Of a DNA stretch of 64,000 bases, positions 57,701-64,000 are shown piece after piece; position 1 is the first letter of the stretch; every line of letters starts with the position of its first letter. Source of the DNA: a virus; the IMG/VR virus record IMGVR_UViG_3300025121_000030, positions 34,269-98,268 of that record. The stretch is one strand, 5' to 3'. The notes beneath the pieces were generated by a model. It saw nothing but the letters and a program-made list of their open reading frames with translations. It ran no database searches and was not told the origin of the DNA. The position numbers and the translations under genes were made by a program.

Positions 57701-59579
57701 ATTAGCAGAACAAGCTAAACAAATGGATCAAGCCATTGAAAATATGAAGAAAGGAATCACAGAAGGTACTTTTAAAGATAAGCAATTCTTAGAAGAAACA
57801 ATAGAAAAAAGAAAAGCATTATCTGCTAATTGGTGGAATAAACAAAAAGAAATAGTTGATAAACAAGCAGAAATAACTGCTAGTGAAGTTGAAGCAATAA
57901 CAAATAAAATAGATGAATATAATATGTCATTATCTATTGCTCAATCTCAACAAGAGATGAATATAAAAGGAACAGAAAAATATAATAATGCTTTAAAAAA
58001 TGAAATTTTTCAATATTCTAATATAGAATCTGCTTTAAAATCAAAACAAGCAATATATCAAAAAGAATTATCTGATACTGCTTTAGGAACATTAAGATAT
58101 GAGGAATTACAGAGAGCAATAAGTGATACAACTAAAGAAATATTAGATAATCAAAAAGCATTGTATGATGCACAGGTTAAATTAGCAGATGATATTATTG
58201 AATTATATAAAGATGCATATGAGAAACAAAAAGATGTTGCAATTAAAGCAAAAGAAAAAGAAATGGAAGCAGAAGAAAAAAGACATAAAGAAGTTATAGA
58301 TAATCTTGATGATGAATTAGATCAATATGAAGATTACATCAATGATAAAATAAAATTGTTAGATAAACAATCTAAAAATGAAGATTATAATGAAAATTTA
58401 AGTGATGCGCAAAAAGAAAAATTAGATTTAGAAAAACAAATAAATGCTTTATCTTTAGATAATTCTATTGAAGCAAAATATAAAAGAGAAGAATTAGAAA
58501 AACAGTTAGCAGAAAAAATAAAAGAAATACAAAATATGCAAAAAGATCATACTAGAGATTTAAGGAAAGAAAGTTTAGAAGAAGAATTGGATAATTATAA
58601 AGATAGTATTGAGGAACAAAAGAAAGCAGAAGATGAAAAATATGAGAATACAAAGAATAGATTAGATAAAGAAAAAGAAAAATTGGAAGAATATTGGAAT
58701 AATATAATAAACAATGAAAGAAAATATGCCAAAATAAGAGAAGATATATTAAAGAGTAATTTTACTAATATTATAACCGAATTAACTAAATTTTATTCTA
58801 CTGCAACTGAAAAATTTAAATCTTTAGGTATTAGTATTCAAAATAATTTTATTGATAAAGTAAAAGAAGCATTATCTGCAATGCAAAATTTTAATAGCGA
58901 AAATAGCGGAAATAATGATGTAGGGAATTCAAATGGCAATTCTGATAATAATGATAATAATTCTTCTGCGAATCCTTTAAGTAGTAATTCACCTATTGCA
59001 ACTTTTGATCGTGATATGTATGAAAATCTTAATGGAGTAGCAATAACAAAATCTCGTTCTCTGGCATCTGCTTTAGGAGTGGATGTAAAATGGGATCAAG
59101 ATAAAGAACAAGTGATAATTGGTGGGAAATATTTTACTCCTGTAAGAAATGATAATGGAACAACATATGTAGGAATAAGAAAAGTAGCAGAAGAATTAGG
59201 TCATAGAGTTGATTACAATAATGGCATAATTGATATATTTCATGAAGGTGGAGTTGCTGGAGGAATTGGCAATTCAAGAATTGCAGATTTAATAAATAAT
59301 GTATTTAATAAAGGGCTAAAAAAAGATGAATTAGTATCTATTTTGCAAAAAGGAGAGCCGATATTATCAAAATTAGGAGTACAAAATTTTATTCCTACAT
59401 TACAGAGTATTCTTCCTAGTATTTCTATTCCTAATCTAACTCCTATCGCAACAGGAGGAAATAGTAATACTTATAATTTAAATTTAAGAATTGATAATAT
59501 AACAGGAGATAAAAAGGGTGCTGAATATGTTTATAATAAATTAGTAGATGGAATTAAAAAATTAGGTGGAAATATATAA
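51750..59579 (+). CDS. Tail tape measure protein with lysozyme-like domain
   Basis: 2609 aa, helical; core GLKTIFSRI region; YNVDPALIYAIGQHETGWG..YATD muramidase-like domain; FHEGG near the C-terminus. Confidence 0.92.
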   Translation: MSQDISILIKTKIDTSQQQITSLEEQIASLSSKIKTAISVKLNIDSKDIQLITEKIKEAQEKASSGGKKQIQVGDFSEAASKMQKMMTDIKRIESEFAHLGDNLSVKQVFASATSDLKRFEVSVEQLNGKIKEVFKFPVTMGTIKGADGIQEQILKMGDVSMASKASADKIIKDTNAKKQVISEEIVKMNELILLYKSGVKVGGEFITAANKMFSSQNTSKFSNEELQTRASLLKLLTQEQNKYNNAQKGSTNANTGTVNKEISALDKLILQYKALSISAEKFKELGTNMLNSMPSGSIVDLQERKKLIDALKIAQKELDASISKPKTDTSVTKEISEVDNLILKYKAATISAKEFMDAGNKLYDSGKLSGKTTADLQERARLIQALKGAEKEYYSSIGQESKNNLSIVNSAYTQQEQALKNIFALSKQRIDAEKNGYVELTTQLKEQIRLEGQKLVLARSDIKSNSLTNSVKEIELLNLKNNLQTDYNNKKSKEADITRQNLNNDQQLLKRTLTTMTADIQKFQRQYAGLYDSSKLNQITTDLKNLKISPNLSNDIANLKANFSALQKEAYATSSGLQQANKQVMSIGDALQTAGSKFGIWIIMSSLVMGVIHRITESFDYMLEQTKLFTNLQMEMTNQNLKFNEVTQSALDYAKAMGTTSSEVMKAISVFGTYTSSMDQVLERSEAAIVLSNISGRSILEVSDDLMAAQTQFKLGSNQLMSIVDTYASVARNLQVDFPKALGEISSGLKYVGSVAAEAKMPIQDLIAIQGTLVEVTRRSGSQISNGLKTIFSRIANVGEEANPEEFKKVEKVFYDMGISIKENADTIKPMNQILKETAERWKTLNDIQRQELATGAANMYQRNIFVALMNNFDNVLQNTESAYNSESVAMQKQDIYMKSLYASLQKLQNAFEQLYKNTISTSLWKQLLDGITSIMDGFNSLSAIVGGFPALMATAISSVALFSTKSREKFSTLLGSVTYRGLSAGQQGAALPPGMSNYSAQIPILNKIISSIKQINTLGNTRINFLDSLSSFTRNISGKAISSFNSLKTSIINTVNATKSLGVIGTTSKMFTLLGNGIKGATLALGSYITAANMAKIATIGLQTVMSMGMMVVFSLVIGQVFKLADSFLHAKEKQQELFESLKNDVSTLTSEISDSEKLIKTYNDLSQATSLTSDQKQKLADVTEKLSALYPSAISQFDAEGNAISLNSGKLQEYLDLKEQELNLKRQEMSEQFYKTGNKDVNNLLTNEKNIKSKMDQLAEYEKNQKRFLDSGDAKTDKTGYKKVLEDINRTKKELLELKSESIKITDELKTKLTATLQNNDEFKDFKPQELDNFISSLLKSQDVLEQIKKSGGIEIFSANLIDNGFASAFSNINKEFNYLSKNTNKTQKDIDEFNNNAVSKLTEKLSYLGNPVAENVAKVITDKFGLSISEVKEKIFDFNGAIESIQKTTTDTSDKIELYNQLLEKSKESNNDAAQEVMKHVDKHKDLYDVVDVENGMLVLNTSKLEDLRSKTIETAMVTTKAEIAKAEVVSIQTQARLAQYDLEIEKLNTLISLQNSYENISKIIDSQVVSGDLSRVEAVERLAQASRDIGDVYVANKLKEVKTLEDAKKVYGEWRNSQGYDEYEDSKESDAMWEKIKGYVKLKDAVEKANAVINSPNLGIKDSKDTASAKSAEALAWEKVTNEIKTYDNALKSLEDTTSNMIKGSKERRDALHNENLKIKEQIDYLKQQRDGLNAPLITNIPSTTTSTTGNATSALSKYKISPDISNAVNTISQKYNVDPALIYAIGQHETGWGKLGDGRKGMYTGYGSYDSGSDYGYSGLEKQITGTVKKMLAWGMTLGNVSLEKLNQGNSGNLPTGIYATDKNWQNNIWKYYKEFNNGMVTDTSSSKSELTTEKLLEDRIKHQEEINSKILELEKKFAQNSKEWYTDLWQETDNIIAEFEQKSNFSKSKSESMSKSSPEYRDELEIQKFNTTGIQKQLAEQAKQMDQAIENMKKGITEGTFKDKQFLEETIEKRKALSANWWNKQKEIVDKQAEITASEVEAITNKIDEYNMSLSIAQSQQEMNIKGTEKYNNALKNEIFQYSNIESALKSKQAIYQKELSDTALGTLRYEELQRAISDTTKEILDNQKALYDAQVKLADDIIELYKDAYEKQKDVAIKAKEKEMEAEEKRHKEVIDNLDDELDQYEDYINDKIKLLDKQSKNEDYNENLSDAQKEKLDLEKQINALSLDNSIEAKYKREELEKQLAEKIKEIQNMQKDHTRDLRKESLEEELDNYKDSIEEQKKAEDEKYENTKNRLDKEKEKLEEYWNNIINNERKYAKIREDILKSNFTNIITELTKFYSTATEKFKSLGISIQNNFIDKVKEALSAMQNFNSENSGNNDVGNSNGNSDNNDNNSSANPLSSNSPIATFDRDMYENLNGVAITKSRSLASALGVDVKWDQDKEQVIIGGKYFTPVRNDNGTTYVGIRKVAEELGHRVDYNNGIIDIFHEGGVAGGIGNSRIADLINNVFNKGLKKDELVSILQKGEPILSKLGVQNFIPTLQSILPSISIPNLTPIATGGNSNTYNLNLRIDNITGDKKGAEYVYNKLVDGIKKLGGNI

Positions 59580-59586
59580 TTAGTTA

Positions 59587-59616
59587 ATGGAGTAGATTGA
59601 TTTCTACTCCATTTTT
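59587..59616 (+). terminator. Terminator/attenuator after the tape measure gene
   Basis: atggagtaga-ttgatt-tctactccat plus T-run. Confidence 0.65.
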
Positions 59617-59641
59617 ACTTTTATAAAAGGTGGTGAAAATT

Positions 59642-61330
59642 TTGACAGTAAAATCATGTTTGTATTTTGAATTTGATGGCATTAAATCTACGGATTATGG
59701 AATAATTAATGTTAATGTATCAACAGGAATGTTGGAAGAATCTTTTTTATCATCAAGAGAAATAAAAGAAATAGAAACTAGAAATAATGAAAAACCATAT
59801 TTTCAAATGTTAAAAAGAAATCCTTTAATATTAAATTTATCATTTGCTTTTGAGGATACTTGGGATACTAATAAAATAAGACAAGTAGCAAGATGGTTAA
59901 ATACAGACTATTATAAAGAGTTATATTTTCCTGAAACAGAGCAAATATTTTATTGTATTTTAATTGATGAACCATCTATTATACATAATGGACTTAAACA
60001 AGGGTATTTAAATTTAAATTTTAGATGTGATTCTCCTTATTCATATAGTCCTATATATTTATCAGAAGTATATGATACAGGAATTAGACAAATTGCAGAA
60101 ACAGGCACTACAACAACAAATATAAAATTAACAAGTCATGGACTATCAACAGGTGATTATATTGTTAATTTTACTAGAAGTGATGCAAAACGTCAAATAA
60201 CTGTAGTTGATATAAATAATATAACTGTAACTTCTATAACTGGACAAACATCAAATGATATTATTTATAAATATCCTTCAATTAACACATTCAATTTTCA
60301 ATTTGTTAATAAAGGAGATATATTATGTTATCCTGAATTAACCATAGATAAAATAGGCAATAGTAAATTGTCTATAATAAATTTGTCAGATGGAGGCAAA
60401 GAATTTACATTTAATTCAGGAGAAAAAGCATCTGGTGTTTTAAATTTCTTAGGAACAGTTAAAGATGGTGAAAAAGTTACAATAGGTGATGATGTATATG
60501 AATTTGATACTGATAATGTTTTAAGCAATAGTATTAATATAAAAACAGATATATCAACATTTTGTGTAGCATCAAAAGGAACTTTGATATTAAGTGTTAT
60601 TCCTTCAAATAATGATACTATTACAATAGATAGTATTACTTATACTTTTCAAACTACACTAACTAATTATGCTTATAATGTATTAATTGGTGCAAATACC
60701 TCTGAAACAATAGATAATTTAATATTAGCAATTACAGCAAGTACAGGTGTAGGAGTAAAATATGGTACAGGAACCATTGCTCACACTAAAGTAACTACTA
60801 CAAAAGTAAATGATACTAATTTATATATTATTGCAAAAACTCCAGGTACTATAGGTAATTTAATTTCTACTACAAGTATGCTTACTGATACTAATAGTAA
60901 ATTTAATAGTACAACATTAGGAACAACTACACTAGGTACTGATTGTTTATATGCTAATGCAATAGATCAATTATATACTGCTATAAATACAAGTAAAACA
61001 GAGAATATTACAATAACAAAAAATACTAATAAATTATTAGTAGAATATAATATAATTGGTGCTATAGGTAATATTATTACTCTAAATACTATTAATAATG
61101 CCTATTGGAGTACAAATACATTAACAGGTGGAATTGATGAATTACAAAATGATGAAAGCATATATATTAATTGTGAAAGACAAGAAATTATATCAGATTT
61201 AGATAATATTAATAGATATAATATTTTCAATGACAATTATTTAGAATTACCATATGGAGTTAATAATTTACGTATTGAAGGTAATTGTAAATTGCAATTA
61301 CGATATCAATTCAGAACATTACAAGGATAA
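59642..61330 (+). CDS. Distal tail protein (Dit) with large insertions
   Basis: FEFDGIKS.DYGI N-terminus; FRCDSPYSYS; NKGD...PE; YLELPYGVNNL C-terminus; probable TTG start after aaggtggtg. Confidence 0.8.
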   Translation: MTVKSCLYFEFDGIKSTDYGIINVNVSTGMLEESFLSSREIKEIETRNNEKPYFQMLKRNPLILNLSFAFEDTWDTNKIRQVARWLNTDYYKELYFPETEQIFYCILIDEPSIIHNGLKQGYLNLNFRCDSPYSYSPIYLSEVYDTGIRQIAETGTTTTNIKLTSHGLSTGDYIVNFTRSDAKRQITVVDINNITVTSITGQTSNDIIYKYPSINTFNFQFVNKGDILCYPELTIDKIGNSKLSIINLSDGGKEFTFNSGEKASGVLNFLGTVKDGEKVTIGDDVYEFDTDNVLSNSINIKTDISTFCVASKGTLILSVIPSNNDTITIDSITYTFQTTLTNYAYNVLIGANTSETIDNLILAITASTGVGVKYGTGTIAHTKVTTTKVNDTNLYIIAKTPGTIGNLISTTSMLTDTNSKFNSTTLGTTTLGTDCLYANAIDQLYTAINTSKTENITITKNTNKLLVEYNIIGAIGNIITLNTINNAYWSTNTLTGGIDELQNDESIYINCERQEIISDLDNINRYNIFNDNYLELPYGVNNLRIEGNCKLQLRYQFRTLQG

Positions 61331-61345
61331 GGTAGGTGTTAATAC

Positions 61346-63967
61346 TTGTTTTATGATATTGATTTAACAAAAAAACCACAGAAACCACAAATATTCTTAT
61401 GTAAACCAGATATAAGTAGAACTATTTTATCTAAATTAAATGAAAGTTATAATACTGAACATTCTGTAAAATTAGGGCAAATAAATGAATTAACTTTAAA
61501 TATTCCTTTATATTTAGATAAAGATCATAAATTAGAAATTAATAAGAATATTAATATAATTAAAAATAGATATTTATTGAAAATAGTTTTAGGAACTAAT
61601 GTAGAATATTATATTATTAATAAAATAACTGATACTGTTGATGATAATATTGACTATAAAACTATTAATGCGTTCTCTTTGGCATATGAATTAAAAGATA
61701 AGTTATTACGACAATATAAAGTAACTTCTTATAATGTTACTCAAGTGTTAAGAGATATATTATCTAATACCATCTGGGGAATTGGGAATATTGATGTAGA
61801 ATTTAATACTCAGTATAGATCCTTCGACGTAAATTCTCAGACTGTATTAGATTTTATAATTCAAGTAGCAGAAACATTTAATGCTATTATAGAATGGGAT
61901 ACAGAAAACAGATTAATAAATTTCGTTAAATCAGATAATATTGGTAAAGATTTAGGTTTAAAAATTTCATATAGTAAATATTTGAAAACTATGTCAAAAG
62001 AATTAAATTCAGACGAAATGGTAACAAGATTTAAAGTTTTCGGTGCAAATGATATGTCGATTCAGACTATTAATCCCACAGGGGCAAATTATTTGGAAGA
62101 TTTTAGTTATTTTTTAAATCCATTTTCTAGAAATGAAGATGGTAGTGTATTAACTCATAGTGATTATATGAGCGATTCATTATGTAATTCGATATTGGAT
62201 TACAATCTTTTGTTAATTACTAAAAGAGGTATATATTTTAATTTATTAAATCAATTGAATACTTTTAAAGAAAATTTAACTATTAAAGAAAAAGAATTAA
62301 CTAATTTAAATGATCAATTGGCAATTATATTAGATAAAATAGACAGTGCAAATGCAAATAATCAATCTACTACACAATTAATAATTGATAAAACAAATAA
62401 AAATATTGAAATAGGTACAAAACAAAATGAAGTAAATGCAATAAATAGCACTATAACCAGTATACAGAATCAAATAAGTGAATTACAAGATAGTTTATCT
62501 ATTGAAAATAATTTTACACCACAACAAATATATGAAAGAAACCAATTTATTATTGAAAAAGAATGGACAGATACTAATTATACTAATGCTCAAGATTTAT
62601 ATAATACAGCAGTAAAAAGATTTGAGGACTTGAAGAATCCACAAACTGTAATTAGTATAGATATAGTTAATTTTCTTGAAATAATTGAAGAGCAACATAA
62701 TTGGGATAAATTAAATCTAGGAGATACTATTTACATAAAGTATGATAATTTCAATATAGATGTTACTGCAAAAATTATAGAAATACAATATAATTATGAG
62801 GATGGTAATATAAATTTAACTATTGCAAATATAAAAGATTATTTAAATAATGAAAAGAAATTATTGAAGATGCTATATAATTCTGTTTCTACAAGTTCTG
62901 AGATCGACATAAATCGGTATAAATGGGGTGGTATTGATGATACTAATAACTCATTGAATAAAGTTATTGATATATTGCAAGGAAATATTAAAAATGAAAT
63001 TAATTTAAATGTAAATGAAACAGTAGATATATCAAAACGTGGAATAAGAGTACATGATATTAATGACCCAAATAAATATATAGTATTGCAACATGGAGTA
63101 ATTGCCTTAACTCAAGATGGTGGCAATTCATGGAAAACTGCAATGACTCCTGATAAAATTGTAGCGGATGTAATAATGGGCAAACTTTTATGTGGAATAA
63201 ATTTACAAATTGATGCCTCAGATGAGGAAGGAAATAAATTTTTTACAGTAGATCAAAATGGTGTGAATATTACAAATCTAATTTTATCTTTACTTCGTAC
63301 AGATAATAAAACAAAAATATTAATGGATGCAAATAGTGGCATGAAAATACAAAAAAATACAGGAACCGAACTTACACCTGTATGGGAAGATGTATTATAT
63401 ATTAATAATAATGGTGATTTAGTAACTAAAGGTAATATTATAATAGGTGAAGGTAATAGCGTATTTCATGTGGATGAATTAGGACTATATTTAGGAAGTG
63501 ACACCTTTGAGGATGCACCCTTCCGTATTGATTTAAATGGTAATATGGTATCAAATAATGCAGATTTTACAGGTGAATTAAAAGTAGACGGTGTAAATAT
63601 TTTAGACGAAATAGAAGGTATCAAAACAATTAATGGACAATATTTGACTGATAATAGTATAAATAATGCAAAAATTATTGACTTAATTGCAGATAAAATA
63701 TCTGCTGGTACTATTACAGGAAGTACAATTAAAACTGGTGAAACTGGTAGTACAAGAGTTGAATTAAGATCTACATATGCAGATATAGATATGTATCGTG
63801 GTTCAAATAATATACTTAGGATAGAAGATGATGTAGATGCATCTAGTATTTATAGTCCTGCAAATCTTCCTATAACTATTGGTAGAGAAAATGGTAATAT
63901 ATATGCAGCAGGAGATTGGAATTTTGTAGATGCGAATGTTACAGGTATAGTTGCTAGGTTTGGATAA
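61346..63967 (+). CDS. Tal / tail spike (prophage tail endopeptidase-like) protein
   Basis: Follows Dit; INPTG.NY.EDFSYF, LNLGDTI and DGG.SWKTA motifs; central coiled coil. Confidence 0.8.
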   Translation: MFYDIDLTKKPQKPQIFLCKPDISRTILSKLNESYNTEHSVKLGQINELTLNIPLYLDKDHKLEINKNINIIKNRYLLKIVLGTNVEYYIINKITDTVDDNIDYKTINAFSLAYELKDKLLRQYKVTSYNVTQVLRDILSNTIWGIGNIDVEFNTQYRSFDVNSQTVLDFIIQVAETFNAIIEWDTENRLINFVKSDNIGKDLGLKISYSKYLKTMSKELNSDEMVTRFKVFGANDMSIQTINPTGANYLEDFSYFLNPFSRNEDGSVLTHSDYMSDSLCNSILDYNLLLITKRGIYFNLLNQLNTFKENLTIKEKELTNLNDQLAIILDKIDSANANNQSTTQLIIDKTNKNIEIGTKQNEVNAINSTITSIQNQISELQDSLSIENNFTPQQIYERNQFIIEKEWTDTNYTNAQDLYNTAVKRFEDLKNPQTVISIDIVNFLEIIEEQHNWDKLNLGDTIYIKYDNFNIDVTAKIIEIQYNYEDGNINLTIANIKDYLNNEKKLLKMLYNSVSTSSEIDINRYKWGGIDDTNNSLNKVIDILQGNIKNEINLNVNETVDISKRGIRVHDINDPNKYIVLQHGVIALTQDGGNSWKTAMTPDKIVADVIMGKLLCGINLQIDASDEEGNKFFTVDQNGVNITNLILSLLRTDNKTKILMDANSGMKIQKNTGTELTPVWEDVLYINNNGDLVTKGNIIIGEGNSVFHVDELGLYLGSDTFEDAPFRIDLNGNMVSNNADFTGELKVDGVNILDEIEGIKTINGQYLTDNSINNAKIIDLIADKISAGTITGSTIKTGETGSTRVELRSTYADIDMYRGSNNILRIEDDVDASSIYSPANLPITIGRENGNIYAAGDWNFVDANVTGIVARFG

Positions 63968-64000
63968 GGAGGAAAATTAAATACAATGAAAATTAATATC

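Noticed and set aside
2359-60528. All minus-strand ORFs in the track and the short alternate-frame + ORFs (e.g. 3980..4273)
   Set aside because: They overlap longer, well-supported + strand genes, lack clear RBSs and look like shadow frames.
1-64000. CRISPR array, tRNA or rRNA genes, diversity-generating retroelement
   Set aside because: No repeat-spacer array, cloverleaf, reverse transcriptase or adenine-variable repeat pair was seen by eye.

Overview
AT-rich, entirely + strand virion-morphogenesis region of a large temperate-type siphophage or prophage of Bacillota (probably Clostridia). Gene order resembles SPbeta: portal end, protease/scaffold, head decoration, major capsid, head-tail joining genes, tail tube, tail chaperone, tyrosine recombinase, tape measure, Dit, Tal. 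Between the tail tube and tail chaperone lies a ~30 kb expansion of paralogous fibre/decoration genes and morons. The region carries about 8 free-standing homing-endonuclease-like genes or remnants, a group I intron in the tail tube gene, and an IS200/IS605-family element with omegaRNA, IscB and TnpA. The two most notable observations: (1) an agr-like cassette with an intact-looking AgrB, a kinase-less membrane protein and an unannotated leaderless, Cys-free AgrD-like peptide (MGGFYFGKP...), predicted to give head-to-tail cyclo(GGFYF); (2) a repeated three-way-junction RNA leader (7 copies) whose loop co-varies with two downstream sites, one overlapping the RBS, in front of the endonuclease and primase genes. 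All calls come from reading the sequence by eye; no searches were run.
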